From: an uncultured Anaerolineae bacterium
GTDB taxonomy: Bacteria > Chloroflexota > Anaerolineae > Promineifilales > Promineifilaceae
Assembly (NCBI GenBank): GCA_937943625.1
Contig: CALEAD010000005.1
Coordinates: 12,630-76,629, forward strand
Direction: 5' to 3'
DNA: 64,000 nt
Shown: piece after piece, positions 47,652 to 56,271 of the stretch
Layout of the letters: each line of letters begins with the position of its first letter
How positions within the stretch are numbered: the first letter of the stretch is position 1
Translations under genes and position numbers: made by a program
Notes under the pieces: generated by a model
Databases searched by the model: none
Told to the model about the DNA's origin: nothing
Seen by the model: only the letters and a program-made list of their open reading frames with translations

Positions 47652-48784
47652 AACGTCAATGGACAACGGAAATGGAGAAAACCATGCAAACAGACACACA
47701 GCGGGAACGCTTTACCATTCCTATTGGCCCGCAGCACCCGGCGCTAAAAGAGCCGGGGCACTTCCGCTTCAGCGTAGATGGTGAAATCGTCACCGGGGCT
47801 ACAGTACGCCTGGGCTACGCCCATCGTGGCCTGGAAAAGCTGGCCGAAAAGCAAAACTGGGTGCAAAACATCTACCTGTTTGAGCGCGTTTGCGGCATCT
47901 GCTCCCACACCCACGCTACAGCCTACTGCCTGGGTGTGGAGCGGCTGGCTGGTGTTATCGCGCCCCCTCGCGCGCAGGCCATCCGCACGCTGGTGTGCGA
48001 ACTGGAACGCATTCATAGCCATCTACTCTGGTTAGGCGTTTCTGCCCACGAAGCAGGCTTTGATACCCTCTTTATGTATAGCTGGCGCGACCGCGAAACC
48101 GTCATGGATTTGCTGGAAGCCCTTACCGGCAACCGCGTCAACTACTCCGTCAATGTGTTGGGCGGCGTGAAGGTAGACGTGACCGAGGAGATTGCCCAGG
48201 CCATTTACAAAGGATTGGACTTTCTAGAAGAACGCACGCACCATTACTTGCAGGTAGTGAGCAGCGACGCCAGCTTTTTGCAGCGGGCGCGCGGCGTGGG
48301 CGTGATGACGCGCCAGCAGGCTGAAGTGATGGGCGTGGTGGGGCCAACGGCGCGTGCCTCTGGTGTGACACGTGACATCCGCATTGAAGCGCCGTATGCC
48401 GCTTATGCCGATTTTCCGCCGCAGGTGATTGTGGATGAGCGCGGTGACCTGGAAGCGCGTTTTGTCGTGCGCCTGAAGGAGTTGCTGGAGAGCTACCGCC
48501 TGGTACGTGAGATTTTGGCTCGTTTGCCAGAGGGGGAGCTGACGGTGCGGATGCCGCGTCGCATTAAGTCGGGGGAAACAGTTAGCCGTGTAGAAGCGCC
48601 GCGTGGGGAGCTGTTTTATTTTCTCAAGAGCAATGGCACGGACACGCCGGTGCGGGTTCATGCGCGCACGCCCACCATTTGTAACATGACTTCGGTGGTG
48701 CGGCTAGCGGTAGGGCATCAGCTGGCAGATGTGCCCCTGATTTTGGCAGGTATTGACCCGTGCTTTTCGTGTAATGACCGGTAG
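47648..48784 (+). CDS. Group 4 [NiFe]-hydrogenase large subunit (NuoD-like)
   Basis: Both Ni-Fe ligand motifs are intact: N-terminal RVCGICSHTH and C-terminal DPCFSCNDR. The protein ends right after the second motif, so there is no cleavable extension. Alternative ATG starts at 47672 and 47684. Confidence 0.8.
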   Translation: MKRQWTTEMEKTMQTDTQRERFTIPIGPQHPALKEPGHFRFSVDGEIVTGATVRLGYAHRGLEKLAEKQNWVQNIYLFERVCGICSHTHATAYCLGVERLAGVIAPPRAQAIRTLVCELERIHSHLLWLGVSAHEAGFDTLFMYSWRDRETVMDLLEALTGNRVNYSVNVLGGVKVDVTEEIAQAIYKGLDFLEERTHHYLQVVSSDASFLQRARGVGVMTRQQAEVMGVVGPTARASGVTRDIRIEAPYAAYADFPPQVIVDERGDLEARFVVRLKELLESYRLVREILARLPEGELTVRMPRRIKSGETVSRVEAPRGELFYFLKSNGTDTPVRVHARTPTICNMTSVVRLAVGHQLADVPLILAGIDPCFSCNDR

Positions 48785-48832
48785 GAGGCGGCGAACAATG
48801 ACAGGGTTCAAGCCGTCATCGGTCTGGCGCCG

Positions 48833-48874
48833 GCGGTCAGCAGTCAGCCGTTAGCGGTCAGCCGCCAGCGGTCA
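48833..48874. repeat. Tandem heptamer array (6 units)
   Basis: Units are GCGGTCA GCAGTCA GCCGTTA GCGGTCA GCCGCCA GCGGTCA. It lies in the spacer between the hydrogenase large-subunit gene and the NuoH-like gene. Confidence 0.9.
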
Positions 48875-48889
48875 AAAGGTGTGGTGTGT

Positions 48890-49828
48890 ATGAGTACAGT
48901 GACGAGTATCGCGGCGCTGTTGTTGTTTCCCAGTGGGCTATTTTTGCTGTTGTCTGGGCTGGCGTATGAGTGGGCAGACCGCAAGCTGCTGGCGCAGTTT
49001 CAGAACCGGGTGGGGCCGCGCTGGTTCCAGCCGCTGGCGGATGTGGTGAAGCTGCTGGCAAAAGAAGAGGTGGCTCCTGATGGGGTCAACGGCCGTCTCT
49101 TTGTTGCGCTTCCCATCATTGCGCTGGCCGGGGCGCTGACGGCGGCGCTGTACGTGCCTCTGTTTGGTCTGGCCCCCGCCTTTAGCTTCCCCGGCGACCT
49201 GATTGTGACGCTTTATTTGCTCAGTATGCTGACGCTATGCATGGGCATCGCCGGGGCAAATACGCTGGATCGCTTCTCGTTAGTGGGGGCGACGCGCGCC
49301 CTAACGCAGCTATTCTCTTACGAAGCGCCTTTTTTGCTGGCGCTGTTGGGGCCGGCGTTGGTGGCCGAAAGCTGGCAGATTAGCGAGATCGCGGCGTATG
49401 CCAACGGCCGTTATCTGCTGCTAACCCAACCCATCGGCTTCCTTGTGGCCATCATTGGTCTGATGGGCAAGCTGGAACTACCCCCCTTCGACGCGCCGGA
49501 AGCAGAAACAGAAATTGTCGCCGGCGCGCTCACCGAATACAGCGGGCGCGGCCTGGCGCTCTTCCGCCTGGGCAAAGGGGTAGAGATGGTGGTAGGGCTG
49601 ACGCTGGTGGCTGCTTTTTACCTGGGCGGCGTGGCAAATCCATTTGCGTTTTTGCTAAAAACGTTGGTGCTGCTGTTGGTAATGGTTGTAATGCAGGCGC
49701 TCATGACCCGCTTGCGCATAGACCAGACGGTAGGCATGTGGTGGCGCTATGGCGCGCTGCTAGTGCTGGCGCAGTGGCTGATTACCATTTTGTTTCATGC
49801 GATTAGCCAGGTACACTTGATGGGGTGA
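48890..49828 (+). CDS. NuoH/HycD/MbhM-like membrane subunit
   Basis: About 312 aa with 8 TM segments and the RVGPRWFQPLAD NuoH-family motif. Confidence 0.75.
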   Translation: MSTVTSIAALLLFPSGLFLLLSGLAYEWADRKLLAQFQNRVGPRWFQPLADVVKLLAKEEVAPDGVNGRLFVALPIIALAGALTAALYVPLFGLAPAFSFPGDLIVTLYLLSMLTLCMGIAGANTLDRFSLVGATRALTQLFSYEAPFLLALLGPALVAESWQISEIAAYANGRYLLLTQPIGFLVAIIGLMGKLELPPFDAPEAETEIVAGALTEYSGRGLALFRLGKGVEMVVGLTLVAAFYLGGVANPFAFLLKTLVLLLVMVVMQALMTRLRIDQTVGMWWRYGALLVLAQWLITILFHAISQVHLMG

Positions 49829-49869
49829 TACGCCAACTAAGCAAACCAACTACCGCAAAGGATCAAACG

Positions 49870-50244
49870 ATGAAGTTCGGATCAATGCTCAAAGATATTT
49901 CTCAGGCGCTGGTGCAGCAACCGGCCACAGAACAATACCCCTCTGTACGCCGCCCTGTGCCAGAGCGGTTGCGCGGGCGGCTGGTGTGGAACCCGGCAAC
50001 CTGCACCGGCTGTGGCCTTTGCGCCACAGACTGCCCGGCCAAAGCCATTGAACTGTTGGTGCTTGACAAAAAGGCCAAACGCTTTGTGATGACTTATCAC
50101 ATAGACCGATGCACGTTTTGTGCCCAATGCGTGCAGAGTTGTCGTCAGGGTTGCCTGAACATGGCCGCAAATCATTGGGAACTGGCGGCGTTTGACCGGG
50201 ACGACTTTCTGCTGCGCTGGCAAAGTGCGCCAGAAAGCGGCTGA
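49870..50244 (+). CDS. NuoI/HycF/MbhN-like 2x[4Fe-4S] ferredoxin subunit
   Basis: CTGCGLCATDCP and CTFCAQCVQSC motifs. AAGGA 8 nt upstream of ATG 49870. Confidence 0.7.
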   Translation: MKFGSMLKDISQALVQQPATEQYPSVRRPVPERLRGRLVWNPATCTGCGLCATDCPAKAIELLVLDKKAKRFVMTYHIDRCTFCAQCVQSCRQGCLNMAANHWELAAFDRDDFLLRWQSAPESG

Positions 50245-50281
50245 TGGCTGATAGCTGACGGCAGACCGCAGACGGAGACCG
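50240..50281. repeat. Tandem heptamer array (6 units, opposite-orientation family)
   Basis: Units are GCTGATG GCTGATA GCTGACG GCAGACC GCAGACG GAGACCG. It spans the stop of the NuoI-like gene. Confidence 0.85.
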
Positions 50282-50367
50282 CACGGCAGTGGATGTTTAC
50301 GCCAACCATCCACGGTTCCCGGCCCACGGTCAAACCTGTACCATGAACGATAGGAGGACAACCAACC

Positions 50368-50772
50368 ATGGCAAAAATTCTTGTAATTGACGATGACCCC
50401 GATATTGTGGACGCTGTGCGCATGACGTTAGAAAGCGCTGGCCACACCGTGGTGGCGGCGCGGAGTGGCAAAGAAGGGTTGGCAATGGTCGAGCAGGTGC
50501 AGCCAGACCTGATTGTGCTGGATGTGATGATGGAAACCCACACGGAAGGGTTTCAGATTGCCCTGAAGCTGCACAGCCCAGATCCAACTTCTAAATTTGC
50601 TGCCTACAAAAACATCCCTATCTTGATGCTAACCGCCATCCACAGCACCACGCCGCTGCGCTTCGAGCCAGACATTGATTACCTGCCCGTAGAGCTGTTT
50701 GTGGACAAGCCGATTGATCCGGATGACCTGATCCGCAAGGTGGATTGGGTGCTCAGCCGAGAAACGGTGTAA
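50368..50772 (+). CDS. Stand-alone CheY-like receiver protein
   Basis: 134 aa with ILVIDDD ... LDVMM ... a conserved Lys region. Confidence 0.75.
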   Translation: MAKILVIDDDPDIVDAVRMTLESAGHTVVAARSGKEGLAMVEQVQPDLIVLDVMMETHTEGFQIALKLHSPDPTSKFAAYKNIPILMLTAIHSTTPLRFEPDIDYLPVELFVDKPIDPDDLIRKVDWVLSRETV

Positions 50773-50858
50773 CGTGAAACCGTGCAGCCGTGCAGCCGTG
50801 AAAACGTGAAAAAGCACTTCGCGCTCTACGCTTCACGCCGCACGCTTTGGGGTGAGGG

Positions 50859-52817
50859 ATGAAGCGCCTGTTGACTGCGTTTTTGGAGAGACGTCTGCGC
50901 TTTGTGCTGGTTGCCTGTTTCTCCCTGGTGGTGGCGCTAACGGTGGGGCTGGGCACGTTGGTTACGTCGCGGGTGATCAATGACTACCTGGCAGCAGCTG
51001 AGGCAGAGCGCGTTGCCCGCGACATGAACCTGGCGGAGGCGTTTTACCAGCTGAAGCTGGATGAAATTGCCGCCATCAGCCACCGCCTGGTGCTCGATCC
51101 ATTTGTGGTGCAAAGCCTGCCCGGGGCCATCCGGGGCGAAGCAGAGGCGCTGCGGCTAATTGATCAGCAGATTACCAACAAGATCACGGTGCTGGCACTG
51201 GGTGGCACGCACCTGATCGCCGTGCTGGACGCGCAAGGTAATATCCTGGCCGGACGGGTGCTGTCACCAGCCAATGAGCTGTCGCCAATGTTGACGCGGG
51301 GCAATTGGGGCACACTGCCCATTGTACAGGCGGTTCTGGCTGAGGGGAAAGAGCGGGCAGCCACAGAGGTTTTGCCCGTTGAGTTTTTGGCCCAGGTGGG
51401 GCTGGATGCGCAGGCGCACCTGACCTTGATTGATACCCCGAAAGCAGCCCTACAGCCTTTTGACCCGCGGGAGGGTAAGGCCGGTTTAGCCCAGGTGGGG
51501 GTAGCGCCTGTTGTGGATGACAACGGCCGTGTCCAGGGCGCCGTCCTCTCTGCTTACCTCTTCAACAACGATTACACCTTGGTAGACCGTATTCGCGACG
51601 TGGCAGGCATTGACACCGTGACGATCTTTTTTGGCGATTTGCGTGTTTCTACCAATGTGACAACTGAGGAGGGGGAGCGCGCCGTCGGCACGCGCATCTC
51701 CCAAGATGTGTTCGACGTGGTTTTAACCCAGGGCAGGGATTACGTGGGACGCGCCTTTGTGGTCAATGATTGGTTCATTACCCGCTACGAACCGCTGCGG
51801 GATTTTCAGGGGAACGTAGTGGGCAGCCTGTACGTGGGTGCACGCGAGTCAGTTTTTCGCGCTTTGGTGCAGGCTTTCAACAGCCGTGTGATTCTCATTG
51901 CCCTGGTTTGCATTGTGCTGGCTGGTGTCATTGCTGTGCCCATTTCTACGCTGATTACCCGCCCCATTGCCGACCTGGTAGCAGCCAACCGACGGCTGGC
52001 GCAGGGAGACATGACGGTGCGCGTCGTGCCCTCTGGCAGCAGCGAATTGAAGATGCTGGGCCAATCATTTAACCGCATGGTGGAAAAGTTGCAGCAAACC
52101 CAACAGAGCTTTTTGCACAAGGAAAGACTGGCCTCTATGGGGCAGCTTTCGGCCGGCGTGGCGCATGAATTGAATAACCCCCTGGGCACAATTCTGCTCT
52201 TTACGGACATCCTGTATAAGCAAACGGCCGAAACTGACCCCCGACGCGAGGACTTGAAACTGATCCAGAGTGAGGCCATGCGTTGCAAAAAAATCGTTGC
52301 CGACCTGCTCAACTTTGCCCGCCAGCAGGATGTGCTGGCGCAGGAGACGGATGTTCACGCTTTGCTCGATCAGGTTCTGAACATCATCGCCCTGGAGCCA
52401 GCTGCGGCACACATAAAGATTGTGCGCCATTATGCGGCCGACCTGCCAACCATTCAGGCCGATCCGGCTCAACTCCAACAGGTGTTCACCAACCTGATCC
52501 GCAATGGGGTAGAAGCGATGCCTGATGGGGGTGTGCTGACGGTGGCGACACGGCCGTTAAATGGCCAGCAGATAGAAATTCAGATTAGCGACACCGGCAG
52601 CGGAATCCCCCCAGAAAACCTGGGCAAACTGTTTACACCATTTTTTACCACCAAGCCGATTGGTAAAGGCACCGGGCTGGGGCTCTCTATCGCCTATGGC
52701 ATCATCAAAATGCACCGGGGGCAGATTTCTGTGCAAAGCCCCGGCGGCAAAGGCACGACCTTTACGATTGTGCTACCGGTCAGGCTGCCAGTGGCGCAAA
52801 CGACGATGATGACGTGA
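50859..52817 (+). CDS. Sensor histidine kinase (extracytoplasmic sensor + HAMP + HisKA + HATPase_c)
   Basis: TM1, a loop of about 290 aa, TM2, a HAMP domain (RPIADLVAANRRLAQGD), H-box VAHELNNPL and DTGSGI/GTGLGLS. Confidence 0.75.
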   Translation: MKRLLTAFLERRLRFVLVACFSLVVALTVGLGTLVTSRVINDYLAAAEAERVARDMNLAEAFYQLKLDEIAAISHRLVLDPFVVQSLPGAIRGEAEALRLIDQQITNKITVLALGGTHLIAVLDAQGNILAGRVLSPANELSPMLTRGNWGTLPIVQAVLAEGKERAATEVLPVEFLAQVGLDAQAHLTLIDTPKAALQPFDPREGKAGLAQVGVAPVVDDNGRVQGAVLSAYLFNNDYTLVDRIRDVAGIDTVTIFFGDLRVSTNVTTEEGERAVGTRISQDVFDVVLTQGRDYVGRAFVVNDWFITRYEPLRDFQGNVVGSLYVGARESVFRALVQAFNSRVILIALVCIVLAGVIAVPISTLITRPIADLVAANRRLAQGDMTVRVVPSGSSELKMLGQSFNRMVEKLQQTQQSFLHKERLASMGQLSAGVAHELNNPLGTILLFTDILYKQTAETDPRREDLKLIQSEAMRCKKIVADLLNFARQQDVLAQETDVHALLDQVLNIIALEPAAAHIKIVRHYAADLPTIQADPAQLQQVFTNLIRNGVEAMPDGGVLTVATRPLNGQQIEIQISDTGSGIPPENLGKLFTPFFTTKPIGKGTGLGLSIAYGIIKMHRGQISVQSPGGKGTTFTIVLPVRLPVAQTTMMT

Positions 52818-52895
52818 TTGCAGACTGGAGATTGGCGATCAGGTGGCTTCTGCACTTGTAAACCGCTCCCCACGCCTCACTGACCACTTTTATCA

Positions 52896-53060
52896 GGAGA
52901 CTTTATGTGTGGGCACACCACCACGAATGAAAACGTAACGCAGGTTACCAAACCTGCACGCACCAGGTTAAGTTTGCAGTAACCGCTTTGGCGGGTAACT
53001 GGCTAAAGCCGTTACTACGAACCTCACAAAGTTAGTTTGTTGAAGTACCGGGCTACATTT
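52896..53060 (+). repeat. Composite spacer repeat, copy B (with an insertion of about 75 nt)
   Basis: GGAGACTTTATGTGTGGGCACACCACCACGAATGAAAACGTAACGCAGGTTACCAAACCTGCACGCACCAGGTT ... GGGCTACATTTTCAAGGGAG. Directly upstream of the hybrid kinase GTG. Confidence 0.7.
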
Positions 53061-53074
53061 TCAAGGGAGCCACA

Positions 53075-54223
53075 GTGAAAGGCAACATCCTGGTTGTAGA
53101 TGATGAATCAGGCATTCGGCGGGGTTGCCAGCGCGTGCTAGAGCCTGAGGGGTACAACGTGGAAACGGCCGTTTCCCTGCAAGAAGCGCGCCAAAAAATC
53201 CAGGAATTCCCCTATGACCTCATCCTGCTTGACGTGATGATGCCCGACGGCCGCGGCATAGACCTGCTTGCGCCCATTTGCGCCCGAGACCCAGAAACAG
53301 TAGCTATCATCATTACCGGTTTTGCCACCATCGAAATGGCCGTCGAGGCGATCAAGCGTGGCGCCTACAATTTCATCTCCAAGCCCTTCACCGCTGACCA
53401 ACTGCTCATGGCCGTCAACCAGGGCATGGAAAAGCGTCACCTTTCCCTGGAGGCCAGGCGGCTACAGGCCATTGAGCAAGAAGCCAAAGCCCTGGCCCAG
53501 GCCAAAGAGGAAGCCGAGCGACTCAGCGAATTCAAATCCCGCTTCACCTTCATCGTTGCCCATGAGCTGCGCTCGCCGGTAGGTGGGGCACAGAGCCTGT
53601 TGCGCACCCTCACGCGCGGCATGGCCGGCAACCTGACCGAAAAACAGCAAGAGATTTTACGGCGTATCGAAATACGCCTGGATCAGCTCATGGCCTTGAT
53701 CAATGATTTGCTCGACCTGGCAGCGAGCAAAACGATGACCGCCGAGGAAACCCTGCGGCCAATTGCTATTTCTCAGCTTTTACGTGAGGCAGTGGAACGG
53801 TTTACCGTTGAAGCGGAACATAAGCAAATTGCCCTACACCTCACGCTCCCAGAAGATAGCATCCTTGTGCCGGCTACAGAACAGGGGCTGGTGCTCATCT
53901 GCAACAACCTGCTTAGCAACGCCATCAAATACACGCCTGCTGGCGGAGAGGTATGGGTGCAATTGCAAGCCGACCCACCGGAGCATGTAACAATTTCTGT
54001 ACGCGATACGGGTATTGGCATTCCGCAAAGCGCCATGCCGCACCTGGGCGAGGAGTTCTACCGCGCCGAAAATGCGCGCGGTTCGCCTGCCATTGGCACA
54101 GGCCTGGGTTTAAGCATTGTCAGGCAGATAGTGGCGTCGTTTGCTGGGTCACTGCACATCACAAGCGAAGAGGGTAAGGGCAGCACCTTCAAAGTGGTTT
54201 TGCCCCAGCTATTGCCATCATGA
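53075..54223 (+). CDS. Hybrid receiver-histidine kinase (REC-HisKA-HATPase_c), soluble
   Basis: ILVVDDE...LDVMMPDG receiver, then VAHELRSPV and DTGIGI/GTGLGLS. GTG start. Its stop overlaps the next gene (ATGA). Confidence 0.75.
   Translation: MKGNILVVDDESGIRRGCQRVLEPEGYNVETAVSLQEARQKIQEFPYDLILLDVMMPDGRGIDLLAPICARDPETVAIIITGFATIEMAVEAIKRGAYNFISKPFTADQLLMAVNQGMEKRHLSLEARRLQAIEQEAKALAQAKEEAERLSEFKSRFTFIVAHELRSPVGGAQSLLRTLTRGMAGNLTEKQQEILRRIEIRLDQLMALINDLLDLAASKTMTAEETLRPIAISQLLREAVERFTVEAEHKQIALHLTLPEDSILVPATEQGLVLICNNLLSNAIKYTPAGGEVWVQLQADPPEHVTISVRDTGIGIPQSAMPHLGEEFYRAENARGSPAIGTGLGLSIVRQIVASFAGSLHITSEEGKGSTFKVVLPQLLPS
53161..53176. repeat. 16-nt palindrome GGAAACGGCCGTTTCC (iterated palindrome instance)
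   Basis: Read directly from the sequence, inside the hybrid kinase gene (VETAVS). The same 16-mer occurs at 30696-30711. Confidence 0.95.
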
Positions 54224-55263
54224 AAACGAAGCGACTGAACTGGACGCTGCTGGCGCAGCGCCTGGCCTTTGCTTTCCTGGGTGGCGGCATGTTGCTATAT
54301 GCCCTGTGGCCTTGGCTGCCCCTGGTGCACGGCAAACCACCGCGCACGCTGGTTCTCTATGGCTTCAGCATCTTGGGTGAGGTGATGAACGAAGGCATCT
54401 TCCCCGCTTTTCAGGAAGTGTGGGCAGCACAGACCGGTGAACGGGTGGAGTTTATCTCTGCCTTCGCCAGTTCTGGCACGGTGACGAACCAGATGATTAT
54501 GGGTGTGCCCGCCGAGGTAGCGATTTTGTCGCTGGAGCTGGATGCCTTGCGCCTGGTGGAGCACAGGGTGGTGGATGGCCCAACCTGGAAGGCGTTGCCT
54601 CATGAAGGAGTGGTGAACCGCACCCCTTTTATTATTCTCGTGCGCCCCGGCAACCCGAAACAAATTAGTGATTTTGCTGACCTGACCCGCCCCGGTGTGG
54701 GTGTGGTACACCCCGACCCGCTGACGTCAGGGGGCGCGCAGTGGGCGCTGCTGGCCGAATATGGCTCGGTGACGCTCCAGGGTGGCAGCGAAACGGCCGC
54801 TTATGAGCAGCTTCTGGGTATCTGGCGAAACGTGGTGGCCCAGGCTGCCTCGGCGCGCGCCACCCGCACCCAGTTTGAAACCGGCTTTGGCGACGCGCTG
54901 ATCACCTATGAACAGGAATTGGTGCGGGATCGGGCGCGGGGACGTCTGACGGCGGAACCGGTTTACCCGCACAGCACCATCTTGAGCGAGCACACGGTGG
55001 TGGTGCTGGAGCGCAATATCAGACCAGAACAGCGAGAATTGGTAGATGCCTTCGTCAATTTTCTCTGGAGTGAAGAAGCGCAACGCATTTTTGTGGCCTA
55101 TGGGTTTCGCAGCGTGGATGAGTCGCTCAATAGTGCGAACCCTGATTTTGGTTACATTGCTGCCCCCTTTGTCGTTGCCGACCTGGGGGGATGGATTGCC
55201 GCGCGGGATAACATCGTTAACGCGGTCTGGAAAGAGCGCGTGCTGCCGGAACTGCGTCGCTAA
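54220..55263 (+). CDS. Sulfate/thiosulfate-type ABC substrate-binding protein
   Basis: VRPGNPKQISDFADLTRPGVGVVHPDPLTSGGAQWALLAEYG closely parallels the E. coli Sbp/CysP motif RKGNPKQI.DW.DL..PGV.V..PNPK.SGGARW. Confidence 0.7.
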   Translation: MKTKRLNWTLLAQRLAFAFLGGGMLLYALWPWLPLVHGKPPRTLVLYGFSILGEVMNEGIFPAFQEVWAAQTGERVEFISAFASSGTVTNQMIMGVPAEVAILSLELDALRLVEHRVVDGPTWKALPHEGVVNRTPFIILVRPGNPKQISDFADLTRPGVGVVHPDPLTSGGAQWALLAEYGSVTLQGGSETAAYEQLLGIWRNVVAQAASARATRTQFETGFGDALITYEQELVRDRARGRLTAEPVYPHSTILSEHTVVVLERNIRPEQRELVDAFVNFLWSEEAQRIFVAYGFRSVDESLNSANPDFGYIAAPFVVADLGGWIAARDNIVNAVWKERVLPELRR

Positions 55264-55405
55264 ATGGCTGAGCCGCAAATTGGGCAGATGGATACAGCCG
55301 GGAGATGTAATTTTGGGAAAAGTTTGTTAGTTGGTTGGTTGGTTTCCCGCCAACTAACCAACCATCAAACGAACCAATGGCCTAGTAGTCACAGGGAGTT
55401 GAACT

Positions 55406-56248
55406 ATGCGCACAGATAGGTTAACCCAACCACCACTGGGGCCTGCACAACGGCCGTTACGCCGCACCACCCCTTTGCCCGTTGGCATTCTTCTGGCGGT
55501 GATGCTGCCCCTGATCCTGATGCCACTTTCTGCCATTTACCTCTTTGCCGGGCGGGGTGGGCTGGGTGAGTTTGTGCGTATGCTCAGCAGCCCCGACGCG
55601 CAATTTGCCCTGCGCTTTTCTTTGCTGATTGCCCTGGCAACGGCCGTGACCAACGGCTTTTTGGGCACCTATGCCGCCTATGTCCTTTCTAAATATGAAT
55701 TTCGCGGTCGTGAGGCGCTCATCGTAATCGTCAATTTACCGGTTGCCATTCCCACCGTCGTTGTGGGCACATCGTTGCTGCTGTTGTGGGGGCCAATTGG
55801 TTTGCTGGGGCAATTTCTCGATCCGTTAGGGTTGCAGCCGATGTTTGCCCCGGCGGGCGTGCTGCTGGCCCATCTGTTTGTAACCTTTCCCTACATGTTG
55901 GGGGCGGTGAAGCCGGTGCTGGATGAACTGGACGTGACCTACGAAGAGGCAGCCTACACCATTGGCGCCAGCCGCTGGCAAACCTTTCGCATGGTCATTT
56001 TGCCCGCGCTGAAAGGTGGGCTGTTTTCCGGGGCATTGCTCACCTTTGCCCATTCATTGGGTGAATTTGGCGCTACTGTTATTGTCAGCGGCAACTTGCG
56101 CTTGCGCACGCAGACAGCCCCTTTGTATATTTTTGCCCAATTCGAGGCAGGTAATCTGGAAACAGCTAATGCCGTAGCGTCCGTGTTGGCTACCCTGTCT
56201 TTTTTGCTCTTTTTTATTTTGATACGCTTTACGCAACGTAAAGTATAG
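55406..56248 (+). CDS. CysT/CysW-type ABC permease (single copy)
   Basis: 280 aa with 6 TM segments and an EAA-loop-like YEEAAYTIGASRWQTFRMVILP. Confidence 0.7.
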   Translation: MRTDRLTQPPLGPAQRPLRRTTPLPVGILLAVMLPLILMPLSAIYLFAGRGGLGEFVRMLSSPDAQFALRFSLLIALATAVTNGFLGTYAAYVLSKYEFRGREALIVIVNLPVAIPTVVVGTSLLLLWGPIGLLGQFLDPLGLQPMFAPAGVLLAHLFVTFPYMLGAVKPVLDELDVTYEEAAYTIGASRWQTFRMVILPALKGGLFSGALLTFAHSLGEFGATVIVSGNLRLRTQTAPLYIFAQFEAGNLETANAVASVLATLSFLLFFILIRFTQRKV

Positions 56249-56271
56249 TGCCTGGCACGGCCACAAAAGCG

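Noticed and set aside
48797-48832. GGTTCAAGCC resembling a tRNA T-arm.
   Set aside because: The flanks do not form T-stem, acceptor or anticodon helices. It is the edge of a heptamer-array spacer.
48833-48874. Tandem spacer arrays considered as possible CRISPR or mini-CRISPR loci.
   Set aside because: The units are 7-8 nt and contiguous, with no unique spacers, and no cas genes are in the window. They are simple short tandem repeats.
47470-51520. Sparse iterated-palindrome density across the hydrogenase catalytic genes and the CheY gene (only 49090 and 49403), considered as evidence of recent horizontal acquisition.
   Set aside because: With about 100 copies at a mean spacing of about 600 nt, a few gaps of 1.6-2.1 kb are expected by chance. 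The membrane-arm genes of the same operon have normal density.
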